Source: an uncultured Fibrobacteria bacterium
Lineage (GTDB): Bacteria; Fibrobacterota; Fibrobacteria; UBA11236
Assembly (NCBI GenBank): GCA_963716395.1
Contig: OY970309.1
Location: 544,001 to 608,000 of the forward strand
DNA: 64,000 bases
Direction: 5' to 3'
In this document: in pieces, positions 1-13,187 of the stretch
How the letters are laid out: every line of letters begins with the position of its first letter
Numbering within the stretch: the stretch's first letter is position 1
Made by a program: the position numbers and the translations under genes
The notes under the pieces: generated by a model
Told to the model about the DNA's origin: nothing
The model's database searches: none
The model's input: the letters and a program-made list of their open reading frames with translations, nothing else

Positions 1-1
1 G

Positions 2-49
2 AACGACGGAACGTCTGGAATCGTCTCGGCCAAAATCGTCATCCCCTAA
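2..49 (+). CDS. 3' end of an upstream gene (partial), probably another secreted protein with a C-terminal sorting domain
   Basis: Frame 2 reads NDGTSGIVSAKIVIP-stop (TAA 47-49); the K-x-V-x-x ending resembles T9SS-like CTD termini. Confidence 0.45.
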   Translation, partial: NDGTSGIVSAKIVIP

Positions 50-323
50 GGGCCATTCAAAACGGCACCATTTAGTCACCTTGGGCCGTGCGCAGCGGCA
101 TGGGAAACACACCGGTTACCATCGCACGCGGCAATTTGCCCTTCGGCCTCACCCTTTGCACCCTGGTCAGCGGCCATCACACCTTCCGGCAATTGGTTTT
201 CCTGCCCTAGTAGAGCCTTCTGGTAGGACCCACCCCCCTTTTCGCCTTTTCGACCGGATAGCGAGAACGGGGCGGGCGAATTGCCGACAGCGCCATTTCC
301 CGAAGCGTAATATCTTTAGAGGA

Positions 324-1478
324 ATGAGACGTTTTTTCCTGTCGGGATTTCAGATCGCGCTGGTTTGCTGCGGCGCGCTTTGCGCCGATGAATCACAGCC
401 TTGGAATAACCCGAATGGCGGAACCCTGCCTACCGGCTGCCAACATCTGACTTTCTACAGCGCGGCCAATAAGACCACGATCGGGTACATCATTTATCTT
501 CCGCCCGGTTATAACAGCGATACCACCGTGCGTTATCCCGTCGTGTACTCCCTGCACGGCATGGGGGGCAATGAATGGGGCAACCTGCCCTACGCCTCGG
601 TGTTGCAGTCCAACATCCTCTCCAAGGCATTCATTCCGATGATCATGGTGTTCGTCTCCGGTCGGGGCAACAGCTTTTACGCCGATTCGAAAGACGGCAG
701 TGTTATGTGTGAAACCAGCATCGTGCAGGAATTAATCCCCCATGTCGATTCCCTGTTTCGCACCCTTCCCGACCGGAGCCACCGCGGCGTCGACGGGGTT
801 TCTATGGGTGGATTCGGCGCGCTGATGCTTGCGTTCAAGCATTACGACCTGTTCGGCCACGTCTGCTCCGATATCGCCGCGCTCGTCGATTGGGACACGC
901 TGAGCACTCAGCAATTCGATCAAACCATTCCCCAGCAGATATTCGGGAGCGATTCGAACTACTTCAACAACAATTATTACCCCTTCACCTTCGTGCGCAA
1001 AAACGCGGATACGCTCAAGACACTGGGCATGAAGGTGCATATGGCCGATAACCCCAACGATACCCCCATGGGACCGTTGTGGAGCTACAACCTGGCGATG
1101 CGCAGCCTGTTGGTCAGCACGGGAATTCCGGTGGAATTCGATTCCGCGGCCGGCAATGGGCATACGGCCGACTTCACCGGACCTTCCGGAATTGCCATCC
1201 TGAAATTCCATTCCGACGCCTTCGCCGCGGCTTCGGTCACGTCGACCTCCCCGAACCTCTCGATCCGACTGCAGGCGGCACCGGCATTCCGCTGCGTATC
1301 CGGAAACGGCATTTTTTCCATCCCGCCGCAATGGCAGGTGAATTCCACGGGCGTGGCCATCTATTCCGCCTCCGGCCGGGAGTTGGGGCGTGAGCGCATC
1401 GCCGGGAAAGCCGTTCTGGGCGGGGCCGCATGGGGAAAGCGCTTCGGGTCCGGCCTCCTGATCATCAAGCCCCTTTGA
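324..1478 (+). CDS. Secreted alpha/beta-hydrolase esterase (CE1/enterochelin-esterase-like) with C-terminal sorting domain
   Basis: YIIYLPPGY...RYPVVYSLHG and GVSMGG nucleophile elbow; signal peptide from ATG 324, upstream ORF extension looks non-coding. Confidence 0.85.
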   Translation: MRRFFLSGFQIALVCCGALCADESQPWNNPNGGTLPTGCQHLTFYSAANKTTIGYIIYLPPGYNSDTTVRYPVVYSLHGMGGNEWGNLPYASVLQSNILSKAFIPMIMVFVSGRGNSFYADSKDGSVMCETSIVQELIPHVDSLFRTLPDRSHRGVDGVSMGGFGALMLAFKHYDLFGHVCSDIAALVDWDTLSTQQFDQTIPQQIFGSDSNYFNNNYYPFTFVRKNADTLKTLGMKVHMADNPNDTPMGPLWSYNLAMRSLLVSTGIPVEFDSAAGNGHTADFTGPSGIAILKFHSDAFAAASVTSTSPNLSIRLQAAPAFRCVSGNGIFSIPPQWQVNSTGVAIYSASGRELGRERIAGKAVLGGAAWGKRFGSGLLIIKPL

Positions 1479-1505
1479 GACCGTTTTACCCGGCAGGCTC
1501 CGGAT

Positions 1506-1863
1506 ATCTTTAATGTTACCGTAATACTTGTGTTACATTCGGGCCGGATCGATAGCCACTCGACTTACCCGCCTTTCGTTCCCAGAGGCGCACTGTATTC
1601 CCGACTCACCCGCTTTTGCAGCGGCAAGCGATCTCCACCCGGGTTGAGTCCGCGGCAGTGAATTCCTTATCCTTCCTGCAAACAATTTCAATTCTTCCGC
1701 ATCTCCTGGTGCGCCGCATCCGAGGAAAATTGGGCCTGCGCTCGAAACGGCCTGCCGCCACCAAATAACGCAAACATCCCTTCCGGGTGGATGGGGCCTC
1801 GCCCGGCGGGCGCCAAAGGGCAAACTTCCTTTCGTTTTCGTGATCTTAAATGTTCCCGTTACA
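1506..1863. promoter_or_regulatory. Two 21-bp imperfect direct repeats (candidate operator) upstream of the GH5-GH9 cellulase genes
   Basis: ATCTTTAATGTTACCGTAATA (1506-1526) vs ATCTTAAATGTTCCCGTTACA (1843-1863), 17/21 identical. Confidence 0.4.
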
Positions 1864-2189
1864 ATCGCCCCGTACGTCGGGTCCCCACGTCATGGAGAAG
1901 ATTCAGCCTTGTGCGGACTAAAAATCCAGGGCGACAATCCCCCCGCCTTCCAGAACTTTTTCGCGACCATTCCTACTAATAAAAGTAGGCCCATGGGAGG
2001 AGTTGTTGGCAGGTAATGCGGCCGTGAAACGAAGTAACCGCGTAAAGAAAACGGGTGCAGTCGATGAAGATCCAACTGTATCTTCCGCGCATTCCTGATG
2101 CATTATCTGAATGGTTTACAATAAAAAGATTGGAAACGCGCCTATTTCCCGCGGATGATTTTCAACTCCGCTGGGTGGAGAAAGTGACT

Positions 2190-5824
<3,635 letters not shown>

Positions 5825-5985
5825 ATTTTTTGGCCCATTACGCCGAGCGCCCACGTGTGAGGCGCCTCCTCAGGAAAGCTCAATCCGCTTCGGCGACATT
5901 TCCCCGACGCAGGACCACGAATGCTTCGCGGCGAAAATCCGCTATTCCACCACGCCTGTATTTATTGAGAAAATCCCGAATATGT

Positions 5986-6013
5986 AAAAAGCGCCCCGCT
6001 TCCGGGGCGCTTT
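5986..6013 (-). terminator. Intrinsic terminator, probably bidirectional
   Basis: AAAGCGCCCCG-CTTC-CGGGGCGCTTT stem between convergent genes, with T-run on the minus strand. Confidence 0.8.
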
Positions 6014-6037
6014 GCATCGCAACATTGAAGCGAATGC

Positions 6038-6625
6038 TTACAGTGCACTTTGCGCAATCGTGAATTCTGCGGACGCGGTGGAATCGTTGCCGTTTACCGA
6101 GGTGATATTCACGAAAACAAGTTTTCCGTTTCCGGTTTTCACCAAGAAATTTTCGCCTTCAAAGGCGTAATCATAATCGACTTTGTAAGTCTGCGAGAAA
6201 ATCGTGTCGGCGGCTTGAGAACTAACCGGCTTGGTGCTGATTGCGGCGAATTGGGTGTCTTTGATTTGAGTCGTATCATAATTCGCGGCCAAATTCACAT
6301 CACCCGCCTTCTTGGCGGCCACGGGACTCATGATTTGCAAATTCCCCCCGGAATAAACGAATAAGATGTCGATGGAGCTTTGCGCGGCGTTGGCGGCGGA
6401 GGAGAGCAGGACTTTCTTGGCGTCCAGATCCACGGCGCTGCCGTAGGTCGTATTTCCCTGCGCGCCGACCATCAGGGTTTGTTCGGCAAGCATGGGCGTC
6501 GAATCGGACACGGCCGTGGTCTTAGAATCAGTCAGGCAACCCGTAAGCGATGTGCTTAATGTCATCATGCAACCGGCCAAAAAACCCACAGCCAAAATCT
6601 TCTTGGTTATTCCCAATCCGTTCAT
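6038..6625 (-). CDS. Hypothetical lipoprotein
   Basis: RBS AAGGAG, hydrophobic signal with lipobox SLTGC, beta-rich C-terminus FLVKTGNGKLVFVNITSV. Confidence 0.8.
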   Translation of the reverse strand: MNGLGITKKILAVGFLAGCMMTLSTSLTGCLTDSKTTAVSDSTPMLAEQTLMVGAQGNTTYGSAVDLDAKKVLLSSAANAAQSSIDILFVYSGGNLQIMSPVAAKKAGDVNLAANYDTTQIKDTQFAAISTKPVSSQAADTIFSQTYKVDYDYAFEGENFLVKTGNGKLVFVNITSVNGNDSTASAEFTIAQSAL

Positions 6626-7096
6626 TCCTCTCTCCTTGATTACAATAAGATTGATCTTTCCTGCAGATGGCAGAATCGTCAAAGGTTAATAAAAAAAGCC
6701 CTGCGATTTTCCAATTGCCCGTCTTTAAGGGTTGCATGAACCAATGGCGACGTCCCACCCTTCCGGCAAGCGGCATCCAAAAGAATGTAGGCGATCACCG
6801 GCGAAAAATCAGTGCGAACCCGTAGCCCGTCGACTCCAGGGGATATTTGCGATCCGCTTTATCAAGGTTCCGCATCGTTCCCGCATTTGCAATGCAAAGC
6901 CGTTTTTCTTAATCAAATTCGGCTGCCCTAATTCTTGAAATTTGCAAGGCGCAAACGCCCGGTAAGGCTTACTATAAATGTTCGCTCGGTCTGAGCCGTT
7001 TTGTGATGCATCACAGCCAAAACATGGAATTCTAGTTCGATATCCGTGGCGAGGTTTGGATGGAGTACAATTTTTCACTTGTTTAGGGGGTAAGCG

Positions 7097-8398
7097 TTGG
7101 AAATTGCGCAAAGATTCCGCAACTGGATTTTGATTTCCGCGGCCATGGTCTTCGTACTGCCGACTTGGCGGCAGGCTTCTGGTGCGACCGGGCCCTGCGA
7201 CATCTACCTCGCGGCAGGAACTCCCTGTATCGCGGCTCACAGCACGATTCGTGCTCTTTATGGCGCCTTCGACGGGGCCCTTTACCAAGTCCGACGATCC
7301 TCGGACAACACGACTTTGGACATCAAAACCCTCAGCCCTGGGGGCGAGGCCGACGGCCCCGCACAAGACGCGTTCTGCAAGAATACGCAATGTGTTATTA
7401 CCAAAGTCTACGACCAGAGCGGAAAGGGCAACTTTGTCGAATACCAAGGAACGGGAAGTTCGGTGGGCGGCGTCGCCAACCCCGCCGTCGCAACCAGCGA
7501 GTCGCTGATGGTCAGCGGCCACAAAGTCTACTCGCTGTATATCCAGCAGGGCATGAGCTATTGGAGGAACGGTTCCGCGTCGGGCGTTCCCCTCGGTAGC
7601 GCGCCCGAGGGCATTTACATGGTGACCAGCGGTAAGCACTATGATGCCACTTGTTGCTTCGACTACGGGAACAGTGAAACCAATCGATTGCCCGATGGCG
7701 CGGGCGCCATGGACGCGATCAACTTCAGCGCTATCCTGAGCTGGGAAATCGGGGCCGGCAAGGGTCCTTGGGTGATGGCCGATCTTGAGTACGGACTCTT
7801 CTCCCAAGGCAGCGGCGGCAAGAGTAATCCCAATGATCCGACCGACACCAACACTTATGTCACCGCCATCCTGAAAAACAACGGAACGACGGAATTCACC
7901 TTGATGGGCGGTAATGCCCAATCCGGCGGTCTAGACACCTATTACAAAGGCGCCCTCCCTTCGGGGGGATATAATCCGATGAAGAAGCAGGGCGCCATCG
8001 TTCTCGGAAGCGGCGGGGACTGCTGCCCCACCAACTTCAACCTGGCCAGTGGAACATTTTACGAAGGAGCCATCGTCTCCGGCTACCCTTCCGATTCCAC
8101 CGAGAATGCCATCCAGGTCAATATCACCCAAGCCGGCTACGGAAGCGCCGCGAGTACTATCCAAACCGGCAACCGCGACGTTTCGGCGCCTAACGGAGGA
8201 ACCTTTATTTCACTCGGGTCGGAAATAAATTTTGTGACGCTTCCCCACTATGGCCGCTCTGAGCATCTTGAAGTGCACAACCTCGTGGGCAAGCTGGTCG
8301 CCGAAGGGTACTTGTCCGCACAAGGCCTCCCCGTCTGGACTTCCGGCAGCCTTCCTCACGGGCTCTGTATCGTGAAAGTGCTCCCCATCCGTAACTAA
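7097..8398 (+). CDS. abfB: Alpha-L-arabinofuranosidase B (GH54) with C-terminal sorting domain
   Basis: GPCDIY...TPCIAAHSTIRALYG, CCFDYGNSET, GPWVMADLEYGLF, GAIVLGSGGD, GTFYEG are GH54 hallmarks. Confidence 0.9.
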   Translation: MEIAQRFRNWILISAAMVFVLPTWRQASGATGPCDIYLAAGTPCIAAHSTIRALYGAFDGALYQVRRSSDNTTLDIKTLSPGGEADGPAQDAFCKNTQCVITKVYDQSGKGNFVEYQGTGSSVGGVANPAVATSESLMVSGHKVYSLYIQQGMSYWRNGSASGVPLGSAPEGIYMVTSGKHYDATCCFDYGNSETNRLPDGAGAMDAINFSAILSWEIGAGKGPWVMADLEYGLFSQGSGGKSNPNDPTDTNTYVTAILKNNGTTEFTLMGGNAQSGGLDTYYKGALPSGGYNPMKKQGAIVLGSGGDCCPTNFNLASGTFYEGAIVSGYPSDSTENAIQVNITQAGYGSAASTIQTGNRDVSAPNGGTFISLGSEINFVTLPHYGRSEHLEVHNLVGKLVAEGYLSAQGLPVWTSGSLPHGLCIVKVLPIRN

Positions 8399-8534
8399 AT
8401 CCATCGCGCCTGGTACCCGAAAGTTCGGAGTACCCGCATGCCGCGGCGTCGAAGATCGGCAAATCGTCGCCCGCAGCGTGAATCGGATTACGCGATAAGG
8501 AGATCTCTGCCATCGGCCCGTTTCTGTCTGCCAA

Positions 8535-8978
8535 ATGCGATTTCAGATGACAATTACCACTACGCTTGCAAATAAAAAAGACTTCGGACTGTTGTTCAAA
8601 ACCTACCAAGATGCAATGCTTCCCTATATTTCCAAAATATGGGGCTGGAACGAAGAATTACAAACAAAGGAATTTTTAAGCGGATTTCCCCTGGAAAAAA
8701 TCGAACTAATACATTGCGATCATCACTATTGCGGATTTTTGATTATCGATAAAAGTTCCGCGGATTATTACCTCTGGATGCTGATTGTTGTGCAGGAATT
8801 TCAAAATCGTGGAATAGGCCGGAATTTACTCGGTGGATTATTGCAGGAGGCGAAGAAAGATGGGAAAAAATTCAAATTAAATGTTTTCAAAATAAATTTA
8901 GGGGCGAAACGGTTCTTTGAAGGATTGGGTTTTGTCGTATTGGATCGGGACGATACATATTTCATGATGCAGGCGTAA
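8535..8978 (+). CDS. GNAT family N-acetyltransferase
   Basis: FQNRGIGRNLL acetyl-CoA motif, N-x-x-A-x-x-FFEGLGF; AT-rich DNA. Confidence 0.88.
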   Translation: MRFQMTITTTLANKKDFGLLFKTYQDAMLPYISKIWGWNEELQTKEFLSGFPLEKIELIHCDHHYCGFLIIDKSSADYYLWMLIVVQEFQNRGIGRNLLGGLLQEAKKDGKKFKLNVFKINLGAKRFFEGLGFVVLDRDDTYFMMQA

Positions 8979-9170
8979 GTCCGGAAGCGAAGCTAAAATT
9001 TAAGCGTGCGCATAAAAGGGCATCGACGACGAAGAATGTTCATGCGATTTGCCGGAAGCCAAGTTTTGACATTCTACCAAATCCCGAAAACCGGATGATA
9101 TCCGCGAAAATTAAAACATGGGATCGAAGGATGAATGCGTATAATAAAAAGAGCAAACAGGAACACCCTC

Positions 9171-9461
9171 ATGATTATGACGATTTTAGAAGCGGACGTC
9201 GAAGAAAGTAAATGGGATCTGCTGAAATCAAAATATTCGGAAATAATCAAGAAAATACCCGTTCAAATGGTTCGCACCTATTTAACTCAGAATGCCAAAA
9301 ATCGAAACCTGTGGAGCGTCATCTCCGTCTGGAAAAGCAAAGACAAATTGATGGAGTATCGAACAGCAACCCCATCTCCTGAAGGAATTGTTTTATTTAA
9401 GTCCCTTGGACTCGAGCCGACGCTTTCGGTTTTTGAAATAATCGAATCGCAACAGTCATAA
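9171..9461 (+). CDS. Small dimeric alpha/beta-barrel (ABM-like) protein
   Basis: About 96 aa, pattern YLTQ...WSVISVWKS; AT-rich DNA. Confidence 0.6.
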   Translation: MIMTILEADVEESKWDLLKSKYSEIIKKIPVQMVRTYLTQNAKNRNLWSVISVWKSKDKLMEYRTATPSPEGIVLFKSLGLEPTLSVFEIIESQQS

Positions 9462-9761
9462 GCCACCGCCGTCCAGCGAAGATCCGCCTCGGGCGGACGA
9501 ATTCGTTGATCGCGCTCTCGCCCGGAATTTCATCTTCAAGGTGTCGCGCCGTAGGAGAGCGGCGGTATTGGTTGAATGTTTGCAAACAAAAAAAATCACA
9601 CTCCTTCTTGCGTTCCATCACAGGCGGTCCGCAGACCGACTGATGAGGCAAGAAATCCTTAAATTGAAAAAAGGCCAAAAATGGCCCAAGCGGAAAATGG
9701 AATGCGCCGCTAATGTATGGTGGGAACCCAATCGGGAAATTCTTCTTTTTCGGGGTAGGTC

Positions 9762-11186
9762 ATGAACAAACGGATCATCGCATGCTTTTGCCTCTCGATG
9801 GGGTTGGCCGCCAACGCCCAAACCGTAAACGTGCGCGGTAAAGTCACCGATGCCGCCGGAAATCCGTTAGCCAAAGCCGTCGTTGCAATCGTCGGCCAGG
9901 GGCTGGCGGACACGACCGGATCCGATGGCGCCTTTTCGATCACCAAAAATCTTACCGCAGTGAAGGGGTCGACGCTGCCCTCAGCCGGTCCCATTACGTT
10001 GAACCAGAGCGTCTTGAATCTGTTCGTAGCTAACCCCGCTTCCATCCAAGTCGAGGTTTTCGATGTGAAGGGCCACCTGCTGGCGAAAGCCGCAAACGCG
10101 AACGCCTCGGCGGGCGTGTATCAATTGAATATCGCGGAGATGGTTCCCGCGGAGAACCTGGTCCTCGTGCATGCTGCGATCGGAGGTCATACGGAGAATT
10201 TTCGTTACTTCGGGATGCGAAACGACAATCCTGCGGCGAAACCGGCGCTGGTGAACATCTCCCGGAGGAGCGCCGGATTGGCCAAAGTCGCGGCCGTCAT
10301 CGATACGCTCCAGGCCTCGGCAGCGGGGTTCGCGACGAAATCCATACCGCTTTCTTCTTACGACACCACCCTCACTGTGAGCCTGGACTCTGCCGGAGGA
10401 GAAATTTTAACCAGCGCCGGGTGCGGAAAGACGCGGACGCTTCAAAACGGGACCCTCACCCTGCAGTTCAATGGCGCCACCCGCAATTACATACTGGCTG
10501 CGCCCAGCAAGTACACAAACAGCCACCCTTACCGTCTGGTCATCGCCTATTCCTGGTCGAGCGGCTCCGCGAGCGATGTCGCGAACAGCAATTACTTCAC
10601 CTTCGCGACGATGGATCCTACCAATACCATATTCGTCGCGCCCAACGCCTCGGATGGCGCCGGAACCTGGAGCAACACCGATGTGGCCTTCACCGATTCC
10701 ATCCTCGCCCAGGTCGAAGGCAATCTCTGCATCGACAAGACCCGCGTCTTCGCGTCGGGCTTCAGCTTCGGCGGAGGCATGGCCATGGCCATCGCCTGCA
10801 CGCGGGCAAGCGAATTTCGCGCCGTCGCCTTTTTCTCGGGAGCGGATCTCACCAATTCCTGCCCCACAACCCTTACGACGCCCATCGCGTACTACGCGTC
10901 TCAGGCCAGCCAGGACCGTGGTTCGCTGCCGGCCAATTCTCCCATCGCGGGGGAGACGATCCAGGCCAATTTCGCGGCCATCAACGGATGCACGCCCGAA
11001 CCCAATTCCACCAACTATCCGGCCAGCGGCCAGCCGCATACGTGCACGATTTACCCAGGCTGCTCCGCCGGTCACCCCACTGAATACTGCGTATTCAACG
11101 GCCCGCACGGGTGGCAGCCGGTGGATCCCGGCCAGTCGACGAGTTGGGATCCTCCGGAAGCGTGGAAGTTCATCACGCAGTTCTGA
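9762..11186 (+). CDS. Secreted feruloyl-esterase/PHB-depolymerase-like esterase with N-terminal carboxypeptidase-regulatory-like domain
   Basis: SAGCGK...RNYIL...PYRLVIAY, CIDKTRVFASGFSFGGGM nucleophile motif, C-terminal GPH...AWKFITQF; signal peptide. Confidence 0.82.
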   Translation: MNKRIIACFCLSMGLAANAQTVNVRGKVTDAAGNPLAKAVVAIVGQGLADTTGSDGAFSITKNLTAVKGSTLPSAGPITLNQSVLNLFVANPASIQVEVFDVKGHLLAKAANANASAGVYQLNIAEMVPAENLVLVHAAIGGHTENFRYFGMRNDNPAAKPALVNISRRSAGLAKVAAVIDTLQASAAGFATKSIPLSSYDTTLTVSLDSAGGEILTSAGCGKTRTLQNGTLTLQFNGATRNYILAAPSKYTNSHPYRLVIAYSWSSGSASDVANSNYFTFATMDPTNTIFVAPNASDGAGTWSNTDVAFTDSILAQVEGNLCIDKTRVFASGFSFGGGMAMAIACTRASEFRAVAFFSGADLTNSCPTTLTTPIAYYASQASQDRGSLPANSPIAGETIQANFAAINGCTPEPNSTNYPASGQPHTCTIYPGCSAGHPTEYCVFNGPHGWQPVDPGQSTSWDPPEAWKFITQF

Positions 11187-11475
11187 ATCGGAACGAAATC
11201 AGCGCCTTCGATCCGACGCCGTGAGGGTTATGCCGGAGCGAAACAACCGGCATGGTGTGACCCGCTTTAATAGTTAAGCCTCTTAATCAAAAACACCCTC
11301 TGCCTGGCCGTGGTTTCGGCGATGGCGCCTTTGGTTGAGGCGCATGCTTCGCCGATGATCCGGGCACGGCAGCAGCTTCCGCAGCAACGAAGACATCGGC
11401 CATGATCCCTGGGATTTTCTCACCCGCCTGAACGCCGGCCGGATTCGTCTCCACTAAAACGAGCGAGGAGATTTT

Positions 11476-13122
11476 ATGCGGATGGAGAGTTTGCGAATAC
11501 GAATTTTTGCGGCCACCGCGGCCTGCCTGAGCGCCCTCTCGCCCTTGATGGCAGCGGGAGCCTTCACCGTCGACGATTACCGCAAGGCGCTGTGGATGAC
11601 CACACGTTTTTACGGAGGGCAGCGATCGGGCAAAGGGGTGAATTGGCTCCTGGCCGACAATACCTATTCGAACGATTATGTGAAGGATAGCGACAGCGGT
11701 CTGGACCTCACGGGCGGATGGCATGATTGCGGGGACTTTCCCATGTTCGGGCAAACGCAATTCTATTCGGCCTACGTCTTGATTCGCGGTTACCTGGCTT
11801 TTCCCACCGGCTATGACGATCTCTACGATGGAACGGCGTACTCCGGCTACCGGGCGAAGCACAGTTGGAATTGGGGTGACGGCACTCCCAACGGCATTCC
11901 CGACATCTTGGAAGAGGTGAAATACGCCACCGATTTTTTCATCAAGGCTACGCCCGACGCCTCCACCTTCTATTACCAGAAAGGCGACGGCGGCACGGGG
12001 GTCGGAGGCGAACACGCCCAATGGGTGACCAGCGGCTATTACAGCACGCAGTACACCGCCGACGAAGGCGGCGAATCGGATCATTCCCGCCCGGTGTGGA
12101 AGAATCCCAACGACGCCAGTATGCCTTCATTTTGCGCGGCGGCCTTGGCCGCCATGTCGCGCGCTTACCGGAAATTCGACCCGGCCTACGCCGATCAATG
12201 CCTGCAACACGCGCGTTACGCCTTCCAATACGCCCAAGGCAAACTGCCCAACACCGCGGCCACGGCCAACGGCGGGTTCTACGGGGCCAATGCCAACGCC
12301 GGCGATGATTATGTCACGGCCGCCACCGAACTGTATAAGGCCACGGGAGAATCGTCGTTCCAGGACCAGGCTCTGGCGCATGCCGGCGACGCCAAATGGC
12401 ACTATTACATCTTCTGCTACAACAACAACGACGACCTCGCCTTCTACAACCTGGGGGTTTATCTCGGCCAGTCGGCGAAACTCGACGCGCTCAATCAGGA
12501 CGGCCAATTCCTGAAAAGCTATTCCGGCAACGTAAACGCCGCCGGGGTGACCCAGGTGGGCGACGATTGGGGACGCATGCGCTTTCCAGCCGACGCGGCC
12601 TTCATCGCCGCACTGTATGACCAGGCCAAGGGCGTGCCGGATTACGACGACTTCATCTACAAGCAGATCGATTTCATCCTCGGGGCCAATTCCGCCCAGC
12701 AGAGCTTCATCACCGGATTTTGCTCGGGCTGCACGCATTCTCCGCAACACCCGCATCACCGCAACGTCTACCTGGCCGAACACCCCACGACGGAAATCCC
12801 CATCCCCGCCCGCAACGCCGAGCAGGGATCCTTGATCGGGGGAGCCTTGGACCCTTCCGCCATCGCCGGCGAGGATACGCGGGACAATTATCAGATCATG
12901 GAGCCCTGCATTGATATGCAGGCAGGCCTGGTCGGAGCCTTGGCCTATATCGTTTCCAAGCTGGCGCCGGTGGATACGTCGAAATTCCACGGGCCGACGC
13001 CCATCTTACGGCTTAAGAAAATAAAGTTGCAACCGGGAACCGCTTCCAATTCCTGGGGCTGGGAAATTTTGGAATCCGGGGTCGACGTCTTGGGGGAAAA
13101 AATTTCGCCGCTTACGAAGTAG
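11476..13122 (+). CDS. GH9 glycoside hydrolase (endoglucanase-like)
   Basis: YRKALWMTTRFYGGQRSG, DLTGGWHDCGD, PHHRN, MEPCIDMQAGLVG; RBS GAGGAG. Confidence 0.9.
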   Translation: MRMESLRIRIFAATAACLSALSPLMAAGAFTVDDYRKALWMTTRFYGGQRSGKGVNWLLADNTYSNDYVKDSDSGLDLTGGWHDCGDFPMFGQTQFYSAYVLIRGYLAFPTGYDDLYDGTAYSGYRAKHSWNWGDGTPNGIPDILEEVKYATDFFIKATPDASTFYYQKGDGGTGVGGEHAQWVTSGYYSTQYTADEGGESDHSRPVWKNPNDASMPSFCAAALAAMSRAYRKFDPAYADQCLQHARYAFQYAQGKLPNTAATANGGFYGANANAGDDYVTAATELYKATGESSFQDQALAHAGDAKWHYYIFCYNNNDDLAFYNLGVYLGQSAKLDALNQDGQFLKSYSGNVNAAGVTQVGDDWGRMRFPADAAFIAALYDQAKGVPDYDDFIYKQIDFILGANSAQQSFITGFCSGCTHSPQHPHHRNVYLAEHPTTEIPIPARNAEQGSLIGGALDPSAIAGEDTRDNYQIMEPCIDMQAGLVGALAYIVSKLAPVDTSKFHGPTPILRLKKIKLQPGTASNSWGWEILESGVDVLGEKISPLTK

Positions 13123-13128
13123 GCACGA

Positions 13129-13159
13129 CAACAGGGCCGAGATTACCTCGGCCCTGTTG
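13129..13159. terminator. Hairpin between convergent genes, likely terminator
   Basis: 13-bp perfect stem CAACAGGGCCGAG-ATTAC-CTCGGCCCTGTTG. Confidence 0.7.
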
Positions 13160-13187
13160 ATGATATTCCAGATCCGTAAGCTAAAGC

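Noticed and set aside
8398-9560. Integron attC sites around the AT-rich genes
   Set aside because: No RYYYAAC...GTTRRRY pairs with an internal palindrome were found by eye, and no integrase is present
9640-9700. CTGATGAG resembling a hammerhead ribozyme core
   Set aside because: No stem II closing into CGAAA and no convincing stems I or III
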